41,812 nt of DNA from assembly GCA_013153135.1 (NCBI GenBank), contig JAADFA010000109.1, positions 1-41,812 of the forward strand. The letters are read 5' to 3'. Shown piece by piece: positions 27,079-35,148 of the stretch (positions are counted from its first letter, which is position 1; each line of letters begins with the position of its first letter). This DNA comes from Chloroflexota bacterium. GTDB taxonomy: Bacteria > Chloroflexota > Anaerolineae > Anaerolineales > DRMV01. The translations under genes were made by a program, and so were the position numbers. Below the pieces are notes generated by a model. That model ran no database searches. It had not been told where the DNA came from and was given only the letters and a program-made list of their open reading frames with translations.

Positions 27079-30000
27079 GCCAACCGACCCCCTTGGCTCT
27101 AACCAAGCCTCGCCGGTCGTTGCGCGGCATTTTGTGGCGGTATAGTATTGCGCTTATCGCCTTGTTCTTGCTGTTGGGTGGCGTGATCCTCTACTTCACC
27201 CTCGCGACTCAGCGTAGCCTGGAGCAGTCCGTCCGAGACGCGCGACCGGTATTGCTCTTGGAAGAGTCCAAATCGCTGATCGACCAAGCCTTGTTTTTGC
27301 TCAATAGCTTTGGCCGACGCATGGACGAATCCTCCACGCGCAGCCAGGAATTTCAGCTGCGTTTAGTCGGCCGTTTGCTCCCCATCCACTCCGCGCTGGA
27401 GGTCAATTTGCGGGAGTTCGAGGATTACATGAATTCCCTCAGCCCGGATGATCCCCTGGCCACGGAAGTGACGCGCTTGTGGGCTTTGCAGCGCGCGCTG
27501 ACCGAAGCCATGGCCGGTATCATCCAGAACGCGAACCGCGGCAATTGGGGACAGGTCGACTCCCTCATCCGGCACTTTAACGCCCTCTATAGGGACTACA
27601 ACAACGCATATAATTTCTTGCTCTTTCACCTCGAAGAACGGCAGGAGCGCTCGCGTGAACGCATTCAACGCTATTTGACCTACTCCGCGCTCTATCCCTG
27701 GGCCTTTGTCGCGCTGAGCACGATTTTGGTCTTGGGGTTCGCGACCTTCCTTATCCGACGGTTGGTCTCTCCAATTGAATACATGGCGCAGGGCATGCTC
27801 CGCTTCGCGGAGGGTGACCTGAGCTTTCGCTTCCCGGACCCTGGGGACCGGGATGATGAAGTTTCGTATTTGATGCGCGCGTTCAACGCGATGGCCCAAA
27901 GCATCCAAGAGGCCCAGTACCGCCTTGAACACCAGGTGGAAGAGCGCACCTTCGACCTCCAACGCCGCATGACCCAAATCCAGACTGCCGCGGATATCGG
28001 CCGTTTGGTGACCAGCATTCGCGACCTGGACGAACTGCTAGAACGTACGGTGCGCCTCATCGCGGAACGGTTTGGTTATTATCACGTAGGCGTGTTTTTG
28101 GTGGATCAGACAGGCTTATGGATTGAGCTGCGCGCGGCCAGCAGTGAATCCGGGCGGCAGCTGCTCAAGCGTGGGTTGCGTCTGCGCATCGGTCAGGAAG
28201 GCATCGTCGGTTTGGTCGCGCGCACGGGGCATCCGAAGGTTGTTTTGGACGTCGCCGCGGAACCTGCGTACAAGTTCATCTCCGAGCTTTCGCTCACGCG
28301 CTCAGAGATGGCGCTGCCCTTGCGGGTGGGCGATCGCATCCTTGGCGTGTTGGATATCCAAAGCACAGAGCCCCATGCGTTCTCGCCCGCGGATGTAACC
28401 ACGATGCGCATCGTGGCGGATCAGCTCGCGGTGGCTATTGACAACGCGCGGTTGTTGCAAGAGATGCAGCGTGCTTTGGAGTCGTTGCGATGGGCTCACC
28501 GCCAGCTCGCGGCGCAGGGTTGGAAGGAATACCTTCAGATCGCACCAGCCCACGCGTATCGTTTGGACGCGACGGGCCACTTCGAAGCCTTGCGGCTGCA
28601 AGATTCGCGTGATGGCACGCAGCCCCTCTCCGGCGCACCTGGGTACGAAGTTCAGATCCCGATCACAGTGCGCGGGCTGCGGGTCGCCATGTTGGTGCTG
28701 CGCCGTTTGGACCGACCCTGGAGCGCGAGCGAACGCGCGTTTTTGGAGGTTCTCAGCCAGCGCTTGGGCCTGGCCCTGGAGAGCGCGCGGCTCTTCCAAA
28801 TGAGCCAACGTCGGTCGCACTGGCTGCAAGGCGTGGTCGAACTCAGCCAATCCATCCGCTTGCAGGCTGAAGAGGACCTGCTCAATACCTTTGTGCAAGA
28901 GGCCCAATCGCGCTTTGGCCTGTGGCGGGTGGCGGTGTACCTCCAACTGCCTGACCGGGCCGGTGTGGCCTTGCGCGCGGTCGCTGGCGACAGCGCGGAA
29001 ACGTTGCGCCGCGAGGGCCACCAGGTCACCGCGCAAGACCGCGATCCTATCGCTCACGTGCTTCGGCAAGGGCAGTGGCTCTTCTTGCCCACGCCTGAGG
29101 CGCAGCAGCCCTATGGCAACACCGCGCCTGTAGCGAGCGGGCTCTCGCGGCTTATCGTGCCGTTGCGCTCGCAGGATGAGATTTTGGGCGTGGTGGATAT
29201 GCACGCGGCTGTGCCCCAGGCCTTTTTGGCGTCCGACCTGCCCATGCTCCAACTTTTGGCCGACGCGTTGAGCATCGCCTTGGCGAATACCCGCTTGGTC
29301 GCGGGCTTGCAGCGCCTGTTGCAAGAGCACCAAATTTTGCAGCAAGGGTTGACGCAGATCACCTTGGCTCACACCATGGACGAAGCCTTGCGCAAGGCCG
29401 CGCAGATCTTGCAGATGATGGACCCCTTGCAAACGGTTGCTGTCTACCAGGTACACCAAGATCTAGAAGACAATTTAGACCGCGTCGTGGCCGCAGGCGT
29501 GGATGCGGCTACCATGTGGCCGGACCAAATCCCCCTCGACGCAGCTGGGGTGCTCTCGCAAGCTGCCCGCGAACGCCAAGCCTTGTGGTGGGTCCAGCTG
29601 GCTTGGGAGCATGACGCCCCCGTGGGTCAGCGCGCGTTTATGGCTGTGCCCATCGTTTACGGTGAGCGCCTGTGGGGCCTCTTGGCTTTGAGTCACGTCC
29701 GGGCCGATGGTTACCATGTGGGCTCATGGGAGCTGTTGCAAAGCTTTGCCAGCACCCTCGCGGGTATCTTGACCAACTTGGAGCTGTTGGACGAAGTTCA
29801 GGCTCGTTCCGAACAACTGCAAACGCTGTACGAGTTTTCGAGTACGTTGGCTCGACACACGAAGATCTTTGATCTATTGGACGAAAGTACGCAATTCTTT
29901 GTGCGAATTTTCCGCGCATCGCACGCGGCCGTCTTCTTCTTCGATGGCTCGCCGCCCAAGAACATTACTTTGGTGGCCTGGGCCAGCAGCGAGACCACGG

Positions 30001-30596
30001 ATACCCCCCCGCGGTTTACGTCGTTGCCCGCGGATAGCTTGCCGCTCGAACGAATTTTGGAAGCGAATCGTCCCGTGGTCTGGCTTGAGGATGCGATCCA
30101 AACGCTGCCCAAACCGTGGCGCGAGTTTATCCAACGGTACGATATCCGTTCGGTTGTCGTCGCGCCGCTGAACCTTACGCGTGGGGCGATCGGGCTCGTC
30201 TTTCTCATGTATCCGAACCCCATGCCGGATTTCGACAAGACCGATCGCAGTTTGCTCGACCAGATGCTCAGCCAACTGAGTCTGGCCGTGCAGACGGCCA
30301 ACCTCTTGGCCCAATTGGAACGTTGGGCCAAGCGCGAACGCCTCATCCGCGAGATCACGGTCAAACTGCGCTCCACCACCGACCCTTACCAGATGATTCA
30401 AATCGCGATTCAAGAGCTGCGCCGCGCGCTGGGCGCGAGCAAAGCTCAGCTTTTGTTTATCCAGACCCCTACGGCTCCGTCCCCCACACCACCAGGCGCG
30501 GGGGAGGTCGCAGAGCCGCCCGATCCGGCATCGTGGCTCGACATGGATTTGGAAGACATCCCGCCGCCAAAGCCATCGGACGCGGCCAAGGGGTAA
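27075..30596 (+). CDS. Membrane sensor: TM, helical extracytoplasmic domain, TM, HAMP, about 5 GAF domains; no output domain recognised
   Basis: 1173 aa, with an ATGA overlap with the upstream gene. The HAMP is VSPIEYMAQGMLRFAEGDLSFRFPDPGDRDDEVSYLMRAFNAMAQSI. The first GAF (ERFGYYHVGVFLVD...ALPLRVGDRILGVLDIQSTEPHAFSPADV...ADQLAVAIDNARLL) is closely paralogous to the last GAF of the kinase. Confidence 0.82.
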   Translation: MSQPTPLALTKPRRSLRGILWRYSIALIALFLLLGGVILYFTLATQRSLEQSVRDARPVLLLEESKSLIDQALFLLNSFGRRMDESSTRSQEFQLRLVGRLLPIHSALEVNLREFEDYMNSLSPDDPLATEVTRLWALQRALTEAMAGIIQNANRGNWGQVDSLIRHFNALYRDYNNAYNFLLFHLEERQERSRERIQRYLTYSALYPWAFVALSTILVLGFATFLIRRLVSPIEYMAQGMLRFAEGDLSFRFPDPGDRDDEVSYLMRAFNAMAQSIQEAQYRLEHQVEERTFDLQRRMTQIQTAADIGRLVTSIRDLDELLERTVRLIAERFGYYHVGVFLVDQTGLWIELRAASSESGRQLLKRGLRLRIGQEGIVGLVARTGHPKVVLDVAAEPAYKFISELSLTRSEMALPLRVGDRILGVLDIQSTEPHAFSPADVTTMRIVADQLAVAIDNARLLQEMQRALESLRWAHRQLAAQGWKEYLQIAPAHAYRLDATGHFEALRLQDSRDGTQPLSGAPGYEVQIPITVRGLRVAMLVLRRLDRPWSASERAFLEVLSQRLGLALESARLFQMSQRRSHWLQGVVELSQSIRLQAEEDLLNTFVQEAQSRFGLWRVAVYLQLPDRAGVALRAVAGDSAETLRREGHQVTAQDRDPIAHVLRQGQWLFLPTPEAQQPYGNTAPVASGLSRLIVPLRSQDEILGVVDMHAAVPQAFLASDLPMLQLLADALSIALANTRLVAGLQRLLQEHQILQQGLTQITLAHTMDEALRKAAQILQMMDPLQTVAVYQVHQDLEDNLDRVVAAGVDAATMWPDQIPLDAAGVLSQAARERQALWWVQLAWEHDAPVGQRAFMAVPIVYGERLWGLLALSHVRADGYHVGSWELLQSFASTLAGILTNLELLDEVQARSEQLQTLYEFSSTLARHTKIFDLLDESTQFFVRIFRASHAAVFFFDGSPPKNITLVAWASSETTDTPPRFTSLPADSLPLERILEANRPVVWLEDAIQTLPKPWREFIQRYDIRSVVVAPLNLTRGAIGLVFLMYPNPMPDFDKTDRSLLDQMLSQLSLAVQTANLLAQLERWAKRERLIREITVKLRSTTDPYQMIQIAIQELRRALGASKAQLLFIQTPTAPSPTPPGAGEVAEPPDPASWLDMDLEDIPPPKPSDAAKG

Positions 30597-30620
30597 CGCT
30601 GTTTTGCGGGAGGGCGCAGG

Positions 30621-31427
30621 GTGCCACGACCTCGAAACCGTTGGGCTTTTATGCATCAGAAAGGTGGCGTAGCCAAGACCACCAGCGCGGCCGCCGTCGC
30701 CGGCGCGTTGGTGGAACAGGGATATCGCGTGCTGGCTTTGGACTTGGACCCCCAGGGCAGCTTGACGTTGGCCTTGGGCTTTCGCCCGCAAGAGCAAAGC
30801 CTGACCATTGCTCAGGTGCTGCAGTCCGATGACCCCACCCTATGGCAGCGCGCCGTTCGCCCAACGGAAGTGGAAAACCTCGACCTTATCCCCGCGAACG
30901 CGTCGCTCTCTGCCGTAATGTCAACGTTGAGCGGGAATTACTTGCGTTTGCGTAAGGCCCTGGATCGAATTACCACATACGACTTTATTATCATGGATAC
31001 ACCACCCGTCTTGCGCTTGGATATTGCCCCAGCTGTTGCGCTTGCAGCCGATGTATTGCTCATTCCAACACAGGCTGAGTATTTCTCGGTTTACGCCATC
31101 GCGGATGTGCTCAAATTGGTCCGTTGGGCTCGACAGTCGCACAACCCGGGCTTGATGTATCGCATCTTTATTACCATGTTTCAGAAGCGAAACCGCGCGC
31201 ACGCGTTGTTGCGTGCTCGGTTGGAAGCCACCTTTGGCGACGGGTTGTGCCAAACTGTTATTGGTGTGGATACGAAAGTGCGCGAAGCAGCCATCGCGGG
31301 TTTGCCTATTACTCACTTTGCTCCTCGTTCACGGGCTGCTTTGCAATATCGCGCGTTGACCCAGGAGGTCCTTGCTTATGTCCGAGAACAAAACCCCCAA
31401 ACGCCCTACCCGACGCCGAAAGCGTAA
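30621..31427 (+). CDS. ParA/MinD-family ATPase with an atypical P-loop (KGGVAKTT)
   Basis: 268 aa. The GTG start lies 5 nt after GGGAGGG. It has the deviant Walker A QKGGVAKTT (Ala at 30672-30674 where GKT Gly is expected), A' LALDLDPQGS, and Walker B FIIMDTPP. No ParB-like gene is in the window. Confidence 0.8.
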   Translation: MPRPRNRWAFMHQKGGVAKTTSAAAVAGALVEQGYRVLALDLDPQGSLTLALGFRPQEQSLTIAQVLQSDDPTLWQRAVRPTEVENLDLIPANASLSAVMSTLSGNYLRLRKALDRITTYDFIIMDTPPVLRLDIAPAVALAADVLLIPTQAEYFSVYAIADVLKLVRWARQSHNPGLMYRIFITMFQKRNRAHALLRARLEATFGDGLCQTVIGVDTKVREAAIAGLPITHFAPRSRAALQYRALTQEVLAYVREQNPQTPYPTPKA

Positions 31428-34400
31428 GGATGGGCGCAAAGCCAAGCGCATAGAGGAACGCTTGAACGCGTTGGGCCCGTGGGATGCTGGCGACGCGTTG
31501 GATTTTCAAGCGTTGCAGCAGGGTGCGGAAGAGGCCGATTCTTCGGCGCCTGACTCATCATCGACGGGTACGGGCCCCTTCCCGCGGCGTACGGGTGTGC
31601 TGGGGACGCTGGTTTGGCCCGGGACAGATAGCCTCGGCCGTCCGGACGCGACCACGGGGCTTTCGCTTGGTACGGACGCGTGGACGCAATTACTCCGCGC
31701 CCAGACCTTTGGCATGCGCGCGGAAGGGAACGTGATCCAGTTAACCGATGCGCCGCTCTCGCCTTATGGTGAGCAGAGCCTGCAGTCGCTAGAGCCGATC
31801 ATGAAAGAAGAGGGGGGCCAGGCTTTCCTCGCCCTGCCGGTGCAAGAGGACGACCGTTTGGTTCTTTTCGAGGCTGTGGCCCCCGCCCCTCGCAAATGGT
31901 TCGATGACGACGCGCATTTGATTCAGCAAACCCTGGAACAACTTTCGCGCGCGCTGGAACATGCCTACCTGTTCCAAGGCACGCAGGCCGCATTGGCCGA
32001 AGTTGAACGCCTGTATCGGGCCACCGCGCGGGTGTTGCAGGCCCAATCCTTCCCCGAGATCTTGCCCATTTTGGCGAAGTTTACGCCCTTGGGGCAGGGG
32101 GTTTACGCGTTGTTCCTCTTTCTGTACCACCCTGTGTCGGGTGGGCCTGGGCCGCGTCCGTTGCGCTTGGCTGCTCAATGGAGCCCACGGCCCATTGCCC
32201 CTGTGTCGTTCACGACCTTGGGGCCGCAAGACGCGCGCATCCCCGACCGGGTTGTATGGCTCGCTTCGGTGGATGAGGGCAGCCACCATTTGCCCGCGCC
32301 CCTGCGGTCGTACCTTTTGCGCAATACCTCGGCCCGTTCTGCGGTTATCGCACCACTGCGCATTGGTGCAGAGAAGATCGGCGTGGTGTACGGTTTGTAC
32401 GAACATCTCCCCGAGGTGCTGGAACGGGATAAGCGGGCCCTGGAGACCATCTTAGGCCAGGCTGCGATTCAGGTGCGCAGCCTCGCGTTGCATACCGAGC
32501 TGCGGGACGCGCTGGCTTTCACAGACCGCCTTTACCACGTCGCCTTGGCCTTGAACGAGGCCGAGTCGTTCCAAGCGGTATTGGATATTTTATGGGACTA
32601 CACCGCGCTGGGCCGCAATGCCCTCGCGGCAGCCATTATGTTGTTCGAACCCCTACTGAGCGACACGCAAACGCCTAATTGGGCAGAAGTGGTCGCAGGT
32701 CGTGTGGCGCCACCACTGGAAGCCGGGCGTCCGGAAGAACGTTGGCGTTTTTCGTTCCTGCCAGGCCAAAGTGAGGGAGCATCGCTGGCTACCGAAGATT
32801 TGGCTGTGCTGGATTCACCTGAGGCGGTCGAACGGCTACGGGAGGTGTTCGCGCGGCAGAATATCTATTGGGTTCGGGATACGAACAACGAACCTCTACT
32901 CGCGAAGCGTTTTGTTCAGTTTTTCCAAGAGCGTTTCGGCGTCCGCAGCGGCGTCATCGTGCCCTTGCGTTTGGGCGATCAGATCATTGGCGTCGTCACG
33001 GCCGCGTATGGGCACCGCATTGAGCCTTGGCCTGAGGACGAGCAGCAAATCCTCGCTGTCGTCGCGGCCCAAGCGGCGGTCCGTGTGCGTTCTCTGGCCC
33101 TGTTGGCTGAAAACGTGCGTCGGGCGCAACAGCTGGAGCTGGCCTCACAAATCGCCCGGGATATCAGCAGCACGTTAAACCTGCAGGAGCTGCTGGAGCG
33201 CGCCGTCAACCTGATTCGTGAACGGTTCGGTTACTACCACGCGGCCATCTTCTTGCTCGACGAGCGCGGTGAATACGCCGAGATCCGCGCGGCAACGGGG
33301 GAAATTGGGCAGATCATGGTTCGTAGTGGGCACCGGCTAGCGGTGGGTTCGCAATCTGTGGTAGGGCAAACCGCGGCCCGGGGGGAGCCGATCGTGGTTA
33401 ACGATACCCGCCAGAGCGAAATCCATCGCCCGAACCCGCTCTTGCCCGAGACGCGCGCGGAGATCGGCCTGCCCTTGCGCGTGGGCAATCGCGTCATTGG
33501 CGTGCTGGATGTGCAATCGCGCCATGCGTACGCCTTCCGGCCCGACGATGTGCGTGCGCTGCAGCTCTTGGCCGACCAGCTGGCCGTCGCGGTCGAAAAC
33601 GCCCGGGCCTACGAGCTCAACCGTCGCGCGCTCGAAAACTTGCGCCGGGCCGATGAGCTCAAGAGTCAGTTCTTGGCCAATATGAGCCATGAGCTGCGCA
33701 CGCCCCTCAACTCCATCATCGGCTTTTCGCGCATCATCCTTAAGGGCATCGACGGGCCCATCAACGACCTGCAACGCCAAGACTTGGAGGCCATCTACAA
33801 CGCGGGGCAGCACCTGCTCGGCCTGATCAACGACATTCTCGACCTTTCCAAGATCGAGGCCGGTAAGATGGATCTCATCTTTGAAGAGGTCGATGTCCCG
33901 CGCATTATTGAGAGCGTGATGGCCACAGCCAAGGGCCTGGTGAAGGACAAACCCGTCCGTCTGGAAGTGGATATCGAACCCGATTTGCCGCCCTTGCGGG
34001 CCGATGCGAAGCGATTTCGCCAAATTCTGCTCAACCTGATTTCCAACGCGGCCAAGTTCACCAAAGAGGGATACATCCGTGTCCGTGCGTGGCGCCAGAT
34101 GGACCCTGACTCCGGTTACACTGAGCTTATCCTCGCGGTGGAGGATACCGGGCCGGGCATCCCGCCGGAGCATCTGGAGAATCTCTTCCAGCCGTTCTAC
34201 CAGGTGGATGCTAGCCTCACGCGGGAAGTCGGCGGCACGGGTTTGGGGCTGGCCATTGTGCGCAACTTGGTCGAACTGCATGGCGGTCGCATCTGGGTCG
34301 AGAGCGAAGTGGGCAAGGGCACGACGTTTTACGTGGCCTTCCCCCTCACGCCTACGCGACGTAAGGAAGATGGCGGGGAAACGTTCCTCTTGGTCCTCGA

Positions 34401-35130
34401 GCCAGACGAAGAGCGGGTTAATCAACTGCGCCGTCACTTTTCGGTCCGTGGCTACCGCGTAGTACAGGTCAGTCAGCTGGGTGAGCTCATCGCACGCACC
34501 ACCACGTTGTACCCATTGGCCATCTTGATCAATCCCTTCTTGCCCCAGCTGATGGGCATTGAAGCGCTCCAAGAGTTGAAAAAACGTCCCGAGACTCGTC
34601 TTGTCCCAACGCAGTTCTTCGCCCTTGCCCTGAAGGATAACCGTGCCTACTTGCCTTGCGTGTATGCCATTACCACCAAGCCGCTGCAATCTGTCGATGT
34701 GCGCTACTTCCTCCAAATGGCTGAACTCAAGCCATACGAAACCGTCTTGCTCGTGGATCGGCACGACCAGCACGCGGCTCGGGTCCTCGAACAGTTCCGC
34801 GAGTTGGGCATCGCCAACGTCCAAGTAACCCAGGCTTTGACCCAGGACGTGCTGACCCAGCCGCCTACGTTGCTTGTGTGGGATCTGCTCGCTCCGGCCG
34901 AACCGGAAGCATTGGCCATTGTGCGGCGTTGGGTGCGCGAGGAACAACGCATCCGCTTCGCGATCGCGATGTTTGAGCAAGAATTTTCATCCGAAAGCCG
35001 CAGCCTGTTCTTAGAGCGGATGCAGCTCTATCGGCAACACTGCGCGACGTCCATGCCCGAGGGTCTCAGCCTCTTAGAACGGATGCTGTACTACATCGAA
35101 GCCCACCGCACAGGGCAATCTTCATCCTAA
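31378..35130 (+). CDS. Soluble multi-GAF sensor histidine kinase with two C-terminal degenerate receiver-like domains
   Basis: ~1250 aa with no TM segment and a Lys/Arg-rich N-terminus. It has about 4 GAF domains. The H-box is FLANMSHELRTPLNS (His codon 33688-33690), the N box NLISNAAKFT, G1 VEDTGPGI and G2 GGTGLGLAI. The ATG at 31378 lies 9 nt after AGGAGG and overlaps the ParA-like gene by 50 nt. Confidence 0.88.
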   Translation: MSENKTPKRPTRRRKRKDGRKAKRIEERLNALGPWDAGDALDFQALQQGAEEADSSAPDSSSTGTGPFPRRTGVLGTLVWPGTDSLGRPDATTGLSLGTDAWTQLLRAQTFGMRAEGNVIQLTDAPLSPYGEQSLQSLEPIMKEEGGQAFLALPVQEDDRLVLFEAVAPAPRKWFDDDAHLIQQTLEQLSRALEHAYLFQGTQAALAEVERLYRATARVLQAQSFPEILPILAKFTPLGQGVYALFLFLYHPVSGGPGPRPLRLAAQWSPRPIAPVSFTTLGPQDARIPDRVVWLASVDEGSHHLPAPLRSYLLRNTSARSAVIAPLRIGAEKIGVVYGLYEHLPEVLERDKRALETILGQAAIQVRSLALHTELRDALAFTDRLYHVALALNEAESFQAVLDILWDYTALGRNALAAAIMLFEPLLSDTQTPNWAEVVAGRVAPPLEAGRPEERWRFSFLPGQSEGASLATEDLAVLDSPEAVERLREVFARQNIYWVRDTNNEPLLAKRFVQFFQERFGVRSGVIVPLRLGDQIIGVVTAAYGHRIEPWPEDEQQILAVVAAQAAVRVRSLALLAENVRRAQQLELASQIARDISSTLNLQELLERAVNLIRERFGYYHAAIFLLDERGEYAEIRAATGEIGQIMVRSGHRLAVGSQSVVGQTAARGEPIVVNDTRQSEIHRPNPLLPETRAEIGLPLRVGNRVIGVLDVQSRHAYAFRPDDVRALQLLADQLAVAVENARAYELNRRALENLRRADELKSQFLANMSHELRTPLNSIIGFSRIILKGIDGPINDLQRQDLEAIYNAGQHLLGLINDILDLSKIEAGKMDLIFEEVDVPRIIESVMATAKGLVKDKPVRLEVDIEPDLPPLRADAKRFRQILLNLISNAAKFTKEGYIRVRAWRQMDPDSGYTELILAVEDTGPGIPPEHLENLFQPFYQVDASLTREVGGTGLGLAIVRNLVELHGGRIWVESEVGKGTTFYVAFPLTPTRRKEDGGETFLLVLEPDEERVNQLRRHFSVRGYRVVQVSQLGELIARTTTLYPLAILINPFLPQLMGIEALQELKKRPETRLVPTQFFALALKDNRAYLPCVYAITTKPLQSVDVRYFLQMAELKPYETVLLVDRHDQHAARVLEQFRELGIANVQVTQALTQDVLTQPPTLLVWDLLAPAEPEALAIVRRWVREEQRIRFAIAMFEQEFSSESRSLFLERMQLYRQHCATSMPEGLSLLERMLYYIEAHRTGQSSS

Positions 35131-35148
35131 GCCCATGGACGGAGGACC

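Noticed and set aside
30621-31427. ParA-like gene as evidence for a plasmid or partition locus.
   Set aside because: There is no ParB-like gene, I noticed no centromere-like repeat array, and there are no replication genes. The flanking genes are chromosomal housekeeping genes.
22106-35130. The idea that the four large GAF genes are fragments of one giant frameshifted gene.
   Set aside because: Each downstream ORF begins with its own SD-like site and a distinct N-terminal module: a TM bundle, a TM plus helical sensor, or a Lys/Arg-rich soluble N-terminus. None continues the preceding truncated GAF. ATGA overlaps are typical of translational coupling between genuine genes.
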